Shown: positions 26,142 through 39,800, counted from the first letter of the stretch. The stretch is DNA of 64,000 nucleotides from Eledone cirrhosa (GCA_964016885.1 OZ024742.1:86180001-86244000); one strand, 5' to 3'. Program-made: numbers and translations. The notes: generated by a model not told the origin, from the letters alone.

Positions 26142-26859
26142 GGGTAGAAAACGCACATGGTGGATATATATCTTTATGGAATCGCTCCCATAAGATTTTG
26201 ATTTTTACTTAGTTAAAACAACTGTGATAGAATAATTCTTACTACAAATGAAGTATAAGATTCCATTTTTACGCTCAGCAAGCCATAACGCATCACTTTA
26301 CGGCATAGGGTCCCAATATTTAATATTTAATTCTGGATCAGAAATGTTATAGTCGAAAAAGAGGAAAATGGCAAAATGGCTAAATAGCTAAATGGCTAAG
26401 TGGACAGACAGGCAAATAATTTCAACACCAACACCACCACCGCCACCATCATCACTACCACACCAAAAACCCTAGTCAAGTTACCTCACCTTCTATTTCT
26501 ACTTCAACTTCAACACCATCAATACAGTACTACGATCACATTACCACCACCACTGCCTCATTATCGCTACCGCCGCTATTCTCTCCCACTACCTCCTGCT
26601 AAGACATGCATCGTAGTGTCCCCACTAAAAGAGGAAGGCATCAAAAGATATAAATAGACTGATTTGATGACCCGGTCAAAAAATCAAAAAAACAAAAATC
26701 AAAATCAAAACAACACGGCAACAACGAAAAACGTAAAGAAAAGAAAAATGAAAAGAAAAACAAACAGAGAAGGAAAAAAAAGAAAAAAAAGTCAGACATT
26801 CAAACATTACATTACAATGAAACTTATGGTTATTCTTTTTTTTTTTTTTTACCTATTTG

Positions 26860-29800
26860 TTTGTTTGTTTATTTAAGTTTGTCTACAGCGTGATAGTGCC
26901 ACACTAAAATCACCGGGGGTGATGAAATCACCGGTGGTTATGTAACCATACATTCACCAATCCTCGAGAAGAGTGTTTAAATATCGAACCTAAACAGTTC
27001 GAATAACGGTGAAGTGGAGTCTGGAATGTCATGTGACGGACTCTCACCCAGTAGGTGCTCCCTGGCTCAGCAGCAGGGACTAGGCTGTCAACCAAATACT
27101 GCTGGTGTCGGAGGAATAAGAAGGAAAGGGACCAGAACCAACTGGACGAAACAATTGAATAGATCTGTTATGCAATGTTACCTGAATAGTAACTCCAAGG
27201 AGAAAGGCTATAGGAAACGGATGCATAACATCTGGAACGAGATTGGTCTATTTAAATTAGATGAACAAAAATTGGCCGGGCAGGCTCGGGTAATAAGAAT
27301 TAATGGGTGGATAAGCGAGCTGGAACTGAAGGAACTGAGCAGAGAGATTACGTTGGAAATGGAGAGTGGAGTATGCCAGGCAAACGATCCAGTGGGAAAT
27401 GAATGTGAAGAGGTTCAGAGACCGGAGGAACCATCCGAAGCAGACAATGATCTGAATGCTGAAATAAATAATAGTTGGAACAAAGATACGGCCATTGAGG
27501 AGATGAATGCTGACGGGCTAGGACAATATTTGGTTGATATCCTAAAGTTAGTGGTAGATGAATTGAACAATGATAGAGGGAAACCTATGAACCTAAGTTT
27601 TGTAGACAGGAATAAGTTAAAAGAAACAACAGCTAAGGTAAACAAAGTCATCCCATACCTTGATGCGAGGAGCCTTCACCAGTGCAACAATATCCTCAAA
27701 GCAACAGCAAATGCGGTGAGGAAATTACCTGGCATGAAAGCGAGACGAAAAAACAAACAAGAAAGATCAGAACCTTGGTGGAAGAAACGACTGAATGGTC
27801 AAATCAGGGAAATGAGAAATGACATTGGAATGCTTGAGTCCCTACTGAATGGGACACTAAAACATATAGACACTAAAAATAGACTGGAAATAAAGTACAA
27901 AACTAGGAGGAAAAAGCTAAATTTTATCATAGAGGAACTGAAGCAACGCATTGTAGCAAAGAGTGAAAATATTAGGCGATACGAGAGCAGAGTCTGTCAG
28001 TATAGACAGTACCGCATGTTTGACAACAACCAGAACATGCTATTTGGACAGCTTGAAGGGAAACAAAGAGGCAACGACTTGATCCCTCAGGCGGAACAAA
28101 CTAAGACATTCTGGAGAGGAATATGGGAGCAGGATGTTAAACATAATGACCAGGCAGTGTGGATTGAGACAGTACAAAAGGAGATTAATGAACAGGCACA
28201 TCAACAAACAGATTTGAGTATCACAGTTGAAACTCTTAAGGGGCAGGCCAATAAACTAACCAACTGGAAATCAGCTGGCCCAGATGGTGTGCAGGGGTAT
28301 TGGATTAAAAATATAACATCCCTCCACCCGAAACTGACAACCATGTTCAATGACTGCTTGATGTCAGGTGAGGTACCAGAGTGGTTGACAAAAGGTACCA
28401 CTGTTCTGGTAATGAAAGACCGAATCAAGGGTAATGATGTTACCAACTATAGACCTATCACATGTCTGTCCGTAATGTGGAAACTGTTGACAAGCATTAT
28501 GTTTGAGGAAATCTACCATCACCTCCACACAAACAACTTGTTACCGGGCGAACAGAAAGCATGCCGAAAGAACTCCGTCGTACAAAGGATCAGTTACTTA
28601 TTGATAAATGGTAATGAGGAATAGCAAGAGGAGACACACTAGTCTTGCCATGGGATGGATAGACTACAAAAAGGCATTTGACATGTTGCCTCATTCTTGG
28701 ATCACCAAAAGCCTAGAGATCTTCAAGGTGGCAGATAACATCAGACAGTTGTTGGGCAAAAGTATGAAGTCCTGGAAAACAGAGTTAACATCAACTGGAG
28801 AATCCTTGGGTGGCGTGAAGATCAAGAGAGGTATCTTTCAGGGAGAGAGTCTGTCTACTCAGTTGTTTGTCCTTGCCCTGATGCCCCTGACCATTATACT
28901 GCGAAAAGTGAGTGCAGGATACAAGTTGTGAAAGGGAGAGCTTACCATCAATCACTTCCTCTTCATGAACGATCTTAAGCTCTTCGGGAAGAGTGAGAAG
29001 GAGTTGGATGTGCTTGTTGACACTGTCCGTATTTTCAGCAATGATATGTGTATGCAATTTGGTATTAGTATGTGTGGAGTCCTTGTGATGAAGAGGGGTA
29101 AATTGAGCAGAAGCAACGGAATTCAGGTACCAACATGTGAGATGATAAATGAAATTGACACTGCAGAAGGATACAAGTATTGGGGTGTTCTGGAGGCTGA
29201 TGACATCAATAACAAAAAAATGAAGGAACGTATTAAATGAAGGAGCGTATTAAAGTCACATCTGAACAGTAGGAATTCCATAACTGCAGTTTATTCCCGA
29301 ACTGTAGTACAGTGCGGGAATTCTGAGATGGAACGTTGCTGAACAAAAAGAAATGGATAGGAAGACTAGGAAGCTATTGACTTTCTACATCATGTTCTAC
29401 AAGAGGAGTGATGTCGATAGACTCTACTTAAGGAGAAAGAGCAGCCTCTATGAAAAATCCCATCATAGTACCTTTCTTTGAGAAAACGGAATTCAGAGAT
29501 CCACAGACATGGAACTGGTTGAAAATAGGAGACCTTAAAAAGACTACAGAAGGAATGCTAATGCCTGCGCAAGAACAGGCCCTCAAAACGAAGTGGTTGA
29601 AACACCATATTTACAAGGAGGAGGCTAGCCCACTGTGCTGGATCTGTGGAGAGAGAGAGAGGAGACTGTGGCTCACATTGTATCCGAGTGTAAACACCTA
29701 GCTCAGACTCTCTAAAAGGGCTGGAGACATGATGTGGTGGCCAGGGTGATCCACTGGCACCTATGCAAAGTAAACAATTTACCACATTCTGAGAAGTCAC

Positions 29801-30285
29801 ATGAGCATAAACCAGAGTCGGTGATAGAAAACGATCAAGTGAAGGTGCTGTGGTATTTTAGGATACAGACGGACAAGAAACTGGAACACAATAGACCTGA
29901 CCTGGTGGTTTTGGACAAGGAAAAAAGATCGTGCCTGATTGTGGATGTGGCCTGCTCATTCGACACGAGAGTGCACGAGAAGGAGAGGGATAAAATTAAC
30001 CGATACCAGGACTAAAAGTGGGAGGTAAAAAGGATTTGGAACTGCCATGAAGTGAAAGTGGTCGCGATTGGCATAGGCGAACTAGGTACTATCTCAAAAC
30101 GTTTCCAGGGATGGTTAAAGAAAATTGGCCCCGCCACGCTTTTGGAACGCTTCAAAAGGCATGCTTGCTGGGAACAGCAAGAACCCTGCGATACGTCCTG
30201 ACTATCTGAGGCTGCAGGTAGTGGCTTGATATTCATGTCAACAAACTTTCCAGTTAACTAACATCAATGACTGAGACTCAAAGAA
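26860..30285 (+). mobile_element. Near full-length disrupted R4/Dong-clade LINE (family A)
   Basis: ORF pieces 27014-28624 (NYRPITCL), 28608-28931 (WIDYKKAFD, GIFQG), 28965-29240 (FMNDLKL), RLE 29734-30015, and an (AAT)n tail. Confidence 0.93.
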
Positions 30286-30297
30286 TAATAATAATAA

Positions 30298-30486
30298 TAA
30301 TTGTTTCTACTTTAGGCACAAGGCCAGCAATGACCCAATGCATTACTGGTACTTTATTTTATCGACCCCGTAAGGATGAAAGGCAAAGTCAACCTCGGCG
30401 AGATTTGAACTCAGATCATAAAGGGACCTAACTAAGCTGGACAGCATGGCGTCCAACCCTCTACCGATACTGCCAATATACCGCCC
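30298..30486 (-). mobile_element. Nin-like SINE copy (tandem pair, 1)
   Basis: Full-length match to consensus. Confidence 0.9.
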
Positions 30487-30497
30487 TTGATAATAAT

Positions 30498-30688
30498 AAT
30501 TGTTTCTACTTTTGGCACAAGGCCAGCAATTATCTCAGTGTATTACTGGTACTTTATTTTATCGACCCCGTAAGGATGAAAGGCAAAGTTAACCTCGGCG
30601 GGTTTTGTACTCAGATCATAATGTTGCGTAACTCTATGCTACAAAGCATGGCGTCCGGCTCTCTACCGATACTACCAATCCATCGCCT
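30498..30688 (-). mobile_element. Nin-like SINE copy (tandem pair, 2)
   Basis: Full-length match to consensus. Confidence 0.9.
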
Positions 30689-30694
30689 TTACTA

Positions 30695-33600
30695 ATAATT
30701 ATTTCATTTATTGGCCACAAGGGCCGACATATAGGGGACAGTACAAATGACTGGGACAGTGGGGTTTTACCGAAAAATCGAGTAAACGATATGAATAACA
30801 ATAACAAAGTAACAAGAAAAATACAACAAGAACCATTCCCTAATAGGGGGGATGACCACCCAGGGTTCGCACAAATACCCCACCAATCCTGAATGACTCG
30901 ACGCTTCGAGAGCACCCTGGATGGGCACCCCTCTCCTGCTCAAATTTACCCACCTACAGGCATGACCAGACACCAGAGTAGGCCCACTCACACAGGCCAT
31001 TCTCGCCACATTCACCCTCCTTTCAGCACTGGTGGGGAGAACTTCTCTCTCCACCCTCACCTTACTTTCCAAGTCAAACTTGAAAAAGTTGATGAGGGAT
31101 TGGCCGAAGAAAAAGTGTCTGTCTTCAGTCCTTTCAACCTCATCCACCATACAATCTCTTTCGCTCCTGCCATCAGACAGAGGAAAATTTCCAGCATTTC
31201 CTGGCCAAAACAAGGCGGCGAGTCGATCTTCACTATGGACTCGGCCGATAGCCGGATCCGTTCTACACGCGACAACAGCTGTTCAACATAACTCGACAAG
31301 TCAGTAATGCAGGGACACTGGACGAGTGCGTACAGAACAGTTTCGTCGCTCTGCGCACATCTTGGGCAGGTCCGTCTGACAGCACTTCCGTGCCTGTAGA
31401 GTTTATCTCGAACCGGCAGTGTCCCTGTTGTTCTCGTCTTTCCTTATCAGCGTCACTACGCCCTGTAACACAGAACTGGGAATGCTCCCGTTCTGCTGCC
31501 AGTTGCAGTACAGCGCTTCGAGGAGATTGGAGAACAAGTCTCGCATATTTACGTAAAGCTCGTATGTCAGACCATCCAAACCGTGTGACTTGCGCCTCAT
31601 GCAGCAAACAAGGGCATCCTGAATCTCGGCTGAAGTAATCGGCCTTTCGCAGTGCGCAGCGTCGGCCGTCGAGAGTTGCGCCACCATCTCTGACCCGCCA
31701 CTTACGCCGAACAAACTAGAAAAATGTTGGCGAAAGGTCTCACACATCCGCTTGGAATCGTTCAGCTCGTGTCCATCTCGGTCCGTCAAAAACCGAATCG
31801 TGGTTTTATTACCACACTGCGCCTCTGCCACGCGGGCCCATGGAACAGCTTTGGTTCCCTCGTTACTCAGAGCACGGGTCTTAGCTCTGACAATGCAACC
31901 TTTGTGTTTCGCGTTGACGAAAAATTCTAATGCCATTCTCGCCGCTAGCACGTTAGTTGAAATGCCACTACAAATAGTGGTCTAACTAGTCTATCAACTC
32001 CCCCTCCTTTCTATTTTTTTCAAACGCTACTTCTTTGCTAAACTCTATCGACATTACCCTAATCTCTATTTTGAGAGACCCCACATTGTTGACGACTCCC
32101 CCAGTCAACTTTTTCTTAACTAAATTGTTGACCAGTTCCCTGTATGCCTTACGTGCCGGAAATGATATGTTCAGCTTCCAGTAACCAGGTCCTAATCTAC
32201 GCGTCTTATCTAGGTTGACCATACAGATCACAAACTTGTGATCTGAATAGGCGACCGTTTTAAAGCGTTGACAGCTTACACTATTTCTGTTTATTTTCCT
32301 AATGAATATCCTGTCTATATACGATCTAGATGACACTATGCGGTTAGTCCAGGTCCACTGGCGCATTAGGGAAATCTAGTCGGTACCTCTCAGACAGTTG
32401 GTACTGGCTGATCATGTTCTTGAGGCTTTTGCACCCCTCGCTCCTATCGGATAATCCCACACAGTCCTAGCGTGCGTCTAAGATGCCGTTCCAGTCCCCC
32501 GCTAACACTAAAGGGCGAGACGTAACCAGAAAGGCTTCCAAGTGTCTAAAGAAGTCTGGCCGTCCTGCCCCGGTAGGGGCATAGACGGCCACCAGTCTAA
32601 AGACACTACCTTCATTATTGTTCACGTCCAGGACCACCAACTTCCCATCCGGGTCCCGGAAGATCGACCTTACCTCGAGATCCAGGCCTTTCCTAAACAA
32701 CACTGCCACCCCACTTCCCATTGCCGGCCGACTAACAGATGCAAAGATCTGATAGTCGTCTAAAATAGGGGCTAGTGCACCCGTGTCAGAAATCCTGGTC
32801 TCGCTGACTGCAATTACATCGATTTCTATAGACCTGAGGGTGTCGAACAGGTGACCCTGCTTCCAGGACGATCCCAGGCCTCGAACATTAAAACATCCTA
32901 CTCTTAATACGGCCATGTAGGCAGGTTAAACGGAGAGAGAGGAAGGTTTACTCACCTTCCGGGCTCTTGTCAAAGTCGGGTTGTTCGACCTCCATAGTTA
33001 GTGGGATTTCTTTTGGGAACCTTTTTAAAAGTCTTGAAGTGGGTTTTACGTTCGGGGTTCCCACGACCCGAGGAAAGCTGTTTCGTATTTTTTTGAATAT
33101 GTCGAGCGACATTCGCACCAGAACGAAATCTTCCGGCACGCGAAATGTGCTCGATTTAAAAATGTCCCCCTCTTTTTGTATATTTTCACTTCGTGCTACG
33201 AGGGCCATCAGTTCCATGTTGGCCCTCCTGACGAGCACGAAGTTTTGTATGTTTTGTTGGTGTGATTTTATTTGTTTGCGTGGCTGTAGTGGTGATGGTT
33301 TTGGTGGTGTTGTTTCGGTTGTATCTGTGTTTGTTGTGAGTGTGGTGTCTGTGGTTTCAGATGTTTGTGTGTATATTTGTTCTTGTTTCGCTTGTTTGCG
33401 TTTGGGGGATTCTGGTGATGGTGATGGTGACGGTGATGGTAGTGTTGATGTTGGTGTTATTGGAGAGATGTTTGCGTGGGTGGTGTCTGCGTTTTTTTAT
33501 TGTGGGTGCTTTTGTGCTTTGTTGAGTCTTTTTTTTCTTTTTGTGTTTCCTTTTTTGTATTTTGGGGGATTTTCGATTTCCCTCATGTTCACTACTGGTA

Positions 33601-34560
33601 GATGAGGGGTCTGTAAGTGTGTCTGTATGTATGATTATGGTTTTATTGGTGTGTGTATTTTTTTTTTTTGGGGGGGGGGGGTGACAGCTTTCCACGTTTC
33701 GCCCCTGGGTGGTGGTCTTTCTATTGGTGTTGTTGTTGGTGGTTTTGCCGGTGCTGGTGTTGGTTGTGGTCCTCGCCCCGGCGTCGGCAGCAGTGGAGCC
33801 TTTCGACCCCTTGCCTCTTTCAGCAGTTGAGGGCAGAAGGCTCGCAAATGGGTTTTTTCCCCACAAACAAAACACTGCGGCCTTTTGCCTTCGGTCATAA
33901 TGTGAATGATTGTCCCATTCTGAAGGCGGATGTGGTCCGGGATTGGCTTCACATTCTCGGGTCTGATCTGGAGAAGGATCTCCAGGTCAACCCCGGACCA
34001 GTCCTCTCTGGCCGTACTGGTCACTTCTATAGGGACTGTATCCGTCCTTTCCACAATCACACCTCCAAGGAGCCACCACATGTCAAGTCTTGGTGGGATT
34101 CTGGGAATGCGGAGACGGGCTTTACTGTTTCTTATGTGGGAGGGGTACATTATGACCTTGCAAGTTTTGCAAGGACTCATAGCGTGTTTCATAGCGAGGG
34201 CTTCTGAATTGAACAACACCGAAATGGTGCCGCACTCTCTGCCCTTCTCTATGTAGTGGGTGTATTCGCTGATGAACCTCAGCGAGACTTCGACATCTTC
34301 TTGTGGGGTTAAAGCTGTCCTTTTGGTTTGTGCTGAGATGCATCTAAAATGCACCGTTTTGCGCTCCACTGCCTCAATAGCTTCTACCGGGACAGTTAAG
34401 TTGGCCCATGTTTGCTCTTGCTTGATGAGCTTCCCTGCCTGGGTCTACTTTTCATCTTTGTTTGAGAGGTCCATGTTGATGCATGGCCTCTTTTTTGCTG
34501 CTGCCACAGCGAAAAAGTGGAAATTTGAGTCTAAATGTGGTACTTTTGAATATTTAAGCG
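30695..34560 (-). mobile_element. Tx1/L1-clade LINE copy A, RT internally deleted
   Basis: ORF1 with CCHC knuckle (CFVCGEKTHLRAFC). ORF2 APE domain (LRVGCFNVRGL, GDWN, SDH, GYWKLN) jumps near 31415 to the C-terminal LPVRDKLY/CPRC region. Confidence 0.9.
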
Positions 34561-34649
34561 GCTGCCACGCCGTCTCCGAACAAAAAATTGTAAAATATAA
34601 AGCCATTACAGGATGTGCAATAATAAATTCTATTTTGCTTTAACATTTG

Positions 34650-34935
34650 AACCTAATCGGTGGCAAAATGTGGGAGCTATAACCAAAAGTCTTATTTTTC
34701 GATACCTAAAAAAAAGGTGACACCCCTGTCGATTTTTATTTGCGGAATGACCCCGAATAAAAAAAAAGCGATACGCTGATATGTAGAAAACACTCCCCGA
34801 TGACTAATCCACGAGCCTGTAAAGTTTCATGAAAATCGGTCACAGAGATGTCGGGCGATAGCGGTCTTTCACAAGTCAGCAACATGAAAAGATAAAACAT
34901 AGAAAACAGTAACTTCTTGCGCCACACCAACAGAC
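34650..34935. mobile_element. Possible Helentron-associated (HINE/DINE-like) non-autonomous fragment
   Basis: The motif aaagtttcatgaaaatcgg is typical of such elements. Termini are not resolved. Confidence 0.3.
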
Positions 34936-35027
34936 ACATATTTACAAATATATCCCTACAACCCCATTACCACTAACACAACCAGCACTACCAACGCTCC
35001 CACAATTATCACCAATATTATTAATAA

Positions 35028-35212
35028 TCGTTTCTACTTTTGACACAAGTCGTCAATTACTCCAGTGCATTACTAGTGCTTTATTTTATCGTTCTCGTTA
35101 GGAGGAAAGGCAAAGTTAACCTCGGGGGGATTTAAAGTCAGACCGTAAAAGGGCGTAACTAATGATGTAAAGCATGGTTCCCGACCCTCTACCGATACTA
35201 CCAATCCACCGC
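35028..35212 (-). mobile_element. Nin-like SINE copy
   Basis: Diverged match to consensus. Confidence 0.83.
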
Positions 35213-35399
35213 CGATAACCCCCCAACAGAAATAATAATCGCAAAAGATACATTGAAGTTTCTGAAGTGATAGGGAGAAAGCAAAATTAATGCTACTCAT
35301 AGAACAAAGAGATGATATATATATATATAGATAGAGAAATTTAGAACTAGCTCCTTTAAGATTCCGAAAACTCTATTATTGGTACATAAACTCTGAAAA

Positions 35400-36720
35400 T
35401 TTGACATGGGAATCCCTAATGTAAAAAACACTTGTAGGTTTTAAAGAAGATCCAAAGGAAACTCATCTATATATAGAGAACAGTTCACCCGATACCCAAC
35501 AATTCCTCTAAGTTAAGTAGCACATATTTTTCTCTTAACTCAAGTTGGAGATGTAGATATCTTTGAGACCAGAACTTCTGATACGCATTAACTAATGAGA
35601 ACTTTTTAAAATGCTGCGATCTACGCATCACTTTGTCATTCTGGAATGTGAGAGAAGGCCTGAATATAGAGATATGGACAATTGGTCTTCCTGGACACGG
35701 ACAGTTCTTTACATGTACAAGATTTGAAAGTAAACTGCAAGAATTCTTTAGGTACCTGGGAGCTTTTCTTGAAATGTCCGCCCTTTAATTGTAGCAGAGA
35801 AGAAGGTGAGATGGAACTGTATCTTGATATTAAGTGGGAGTATCAGAAACAATTTGGTGCTACAACGTAAACAGTCTGATCAGACAATTCCAAATGTCAG
35901 ACAAGTACGGATTAGTTTTCTAGAATATGCTAATGTGGACATGGGACATTCACATAGTGATATCTAATTCATATTTACATATGTTTTTCATTATGTTGGC
36001 ATTACAATGGGAACGCACATTTTTACTAGCGCAGGAGGGATTCAAAGAGATTAAGTTGGTTACGTTAATATAATCGACATTTCGCTTCACCGAAATTGCC
36101 GCCGTTGTTCAAATGAGAGAAACAATAATTATTATCATGTATTCTTCGTCAGTGTCTAGGGAATTTCTTCTGCAACTTTGATCAAACACGGTGGTATTAA
36201 GGAACAGCCGAGAATTTTCATATTTTACGGAGTATTAGGAGTGTAGTCTTCTCAGACTATTGTTCTGATTCCCAAACAAAAGAAATAAGAAAACAGTATG
36301 TAACTGTAAAATGAATGGATATGTTAAGAAACAATTAACACCATTATACTGACTGAACAGTTTAATCAAACGAGTATATATCAATATATAATGGAAGTTA
36401 GGCCAACATTACGAAATACCAACATAAAAGAGGTGGTACAGAAATAAATCACAAAAGCCTGAACATGACAACAAAGCAATCCTTGTTTAGAATAAGCCAA
36501 TACACACAGGGAAGATGACCAATGCAAGTGAAAAGATAATGCAGTCGAGAAGCACAAAGGAAGAAATGTTTCATGACTGACCTATTAAACAGCAAACACG
36601 ACAATGGATTTATTAAGGTATACTAGAAAGTTCACTCTCAACAGAAGAGAAACAACGCCATAAACAACAGCGCAGAGACCCAACGAGAACGGGTGATGGG
36701 CTCGGCAATAAATTTGTTGG
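35400..36720 (+). mobile_element. Ancient RTE/BovB-like LINE relic
   Basis: Fragments resemble RELLYADD, F.YLGS and a C-terminal EEKQRHKQQRR. Ends in (CTA)n. Confidence 0.4.
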
Positions 36721-36736
36721 TAAGCTAGAGGAATTA

Positions 36737-36756
36737 CAACTACTACTACTACTACG

Positions 36757-36790
<34 letters not shown>

Positions 36791-36799
36791 GTGGTTTTC

Positions 36800-36863
<64 letters not shown>

Positions 36864-36877
36864 CAGTAGTAGTAGTA
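36737..36877. repeat. Inverted microsatellite pair (CTA)n / (TAG)n
   Basis: CTA run, ~10-bp spacer, TAG run. Confidence 0.95.
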
Positions 36878-36879
36878 TT

Positions 36880-39800
36880 ATTGGCGACCTACGTAGTAAA
36901 TCGTATCATCGTGAGCTCCGCAAAGGTTTGTTATTTCCGTTTGTTAAAATTGCCATTTATGGAAAATGTTTATTGTTAACTATATATAAGCGCACATACA
37001 TTGTTTTCCGAAAAGGACCCCCAAAAAGATTGGGGCCTTGTGCCCAAAATTTAAACTTTTATGATTATCAAAAAATTTCTTTGAAAAAAGAATGGCTAAT
37101 TCACCTCTGCACCAAGCAGCTGAAAGCCTTCCTCACAAATTAACACCTCACACCGACACCACCATTGTAAATGATACTACGTTTGCCAACACAAACAATT
37201 TAAGCACTGGCAATATTTTAAATTTGTCTCAGGCAGACATTCATTTCCCGCCATTACCAATGACTGCAGGTGTTAAAGCCGCCACCACCACCACCACCAC
37301 CGCGACAACCACCACCCCCACCACCACCGCGACAACAGAAACAAAAGGAAAAAATAAATCAACTCGTGATGTCGAAATATTTTCAACCAAAATGGACTCT
37401 TCCAAACCGAACTCCACTGACGTCACCACCACCACAACTGAAACTAAAATTAATAATAACAAAAAAAAACGATAGCAACAACAACAACAATGACATTAAA
37501 AAAACCACCCTAAGTTTTGCCAGAGTAGCAAAACAGTGCGAAGCATTTACGGTAACTCAGGAGGAATTAGAAAATGACAAAAAAATGGTAAAGAAAGATG
37601 GGTACAGGGTCAACGCCCCCCCCCCACACACACACACACCTAATAAAATGGAGGATCGGCGCCTATGCACCGTGTCGTATCGAACAATAAATGTAAAATC
37701 GCGCCGAGTGGAACGGGCATCCGAGTCCCAAATCCAAAAAGCTTTGGGACATGTGTGGGCAAGAAAAATCCACATCAGACGTGGCCAGAAGTATGGAACC
37801 GTGGACGTGTTCTTTGAAACACCAGAGGAGGCTAGAGAACACTCCATGGCCCCATTAAGAAGTGACGACTTCACACTCGTCCCAAGCTATTGTGGCCAGA
37901 GACTCGTAAAGATCAGGGTGACCCACGTTCCACCGGCCATCGAAATTCCCTGGCTAATAGCGGCCGTCCTCGCCGGCATCGAAGCCAACACAAAGATAAT
38001 AGCAATAGCAAAAGAAAAGCAGGAGAACTGGTCCGAATCTGAGATGGAGCTCCTGATCCAGGCGGACCAAAAAAGCATTGAGGAGATCCCAGAGGTAATA
38101 GACCTCACTGACGGCAGCCACCTCACCGTAATTGTCGAGGGCAGAAGGCCTAGGTGTGTCGTTTGTGGTGAAGGAACCCACCTAAGGGCTTTCTGCCCTC
38201 AGGCTAAAATATTGAGGCCACCTCTCCTACCCAGCCCAGTGACCAACCATCAACACCACCAGTAGCAGAGATGGCAGCAACAATTGTAGCAGCAACAACA
38301 GAAGCAACTATAACAACAACAACCCCAGCAACAGTAGCAAAGCCAACACCACCACCACCACCACCAGCAAAACCAACACCACCACCACCCAACGCTTCAG
38401 AACTAGCACCAGCGCCTACACCATCCACCACGCCACAACCAAAACAAACGCCTGTGGAGGATTTTCCACTCCCCGGCCTATCACAACTGGAGACAGATTA
38501 TGACGACGAGGAGTGGGAAACGGTATCAGGAAAAAAAAAAGAAACCAAAAAAGAAAAAATTATTTTCCTTCCCCCTCCAAATACAAAATACAGAGGGAAA
38601 CAAATAAATTAACGAACAAAAAAGTTAGGACAGATATGCCACCATCCACACCAGCATCACCAGCCCCATCACCCCAAACACCAACACCATCACCATCATT
38701 AACCCCAACACCACCATCACCTACACCACAAAAGTCACCAAAATGCGAAACAGAAACAAACCCACAACAAACGCAAACAAAACAAAACAACCAAAACGAT
38801 ACACACTACACAGCATTAAATTTGAACAACAACCAATTATTACACTACATCCAACACAACACCAGCATCACAGAAAAAGACTACACAACAACCCAAAATT
38901 CACACCACCTCCACACATACAAGTCACTCGCATCACACAGAAAACGTTCATGACACTAAAACAAAAATTCCCCAAAGACATCGGAGACTTCCGACAAGTA
39001 CTCTCCAGGAGGATTTATAAGGACATCCTTCCTGAGTAAGCCACAAGCAGTGAAAAGGATGGAAAAACCGTCCTTCCTCTACGAGAAGTAAGGTAAGTGG
39101 TCTTTCCCTTCTTTTCCACTCCTTTTCAACATGACCTCACTCAGAATAGGCAGCATAAATGCGCGTGGCTTAGGGTCGTCATGGAAGCAGGGTCACCTGC
39201 TCAACGACCTCAGGTCACTAAACATAGATGTAGTGGCCATCAGCGAGACTAGAATCTCCGAAGCACGGGCCTTCGCACCGATCTTCGGCGGTTACGATGT
39301 GTACGCATCTCCCAACCGTCCGGAATCGGGGGGTGGAGTTGCTATGCTTTTTCGGAGAGGTTTGGATCTTGCCATACGGGCTATCTTCCTGGACCCAGAA
39401 GGTAAGTTGGTGGTGCTGGACGTGACCAGCGGAGACGGGCAAGCTTTCAGGTTAGTGGCCATCAATGCCCCGACAGGAGCAGGGCGGCCTGATTTCTTCC
39501 GGCGTCTAGAGAACTTTCTTGGAACGTCCCGCTCTTTCGTGTTAATGGGCGACTGGAACGGGATGTTAGATGCACGCTGGGATTGTGTGGGATTAGTGAA
39601 TAGGGAAGGAGGGTGCAAGAGTCTCACCAACCTGCTCAGGCGTTTTGAACTGTCTGACAGGTACCGATTAGATTTCCCGAATGTACCAATGTGGACTTGG
39701 TCAAATTGCATAGGGTAATCCAGATCATATCTAGATAGAGTATTTTGTAGGGAAATAGATAGGTCTAGCATAGGCTGTCCACAATTCAAGATAGTTAGCT

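Noticed and set aside
30634-34643. Long antisense ORFs over Tx1 copies
   Set aside because: Shadow ORFs of GC-richer LINE coding sequence
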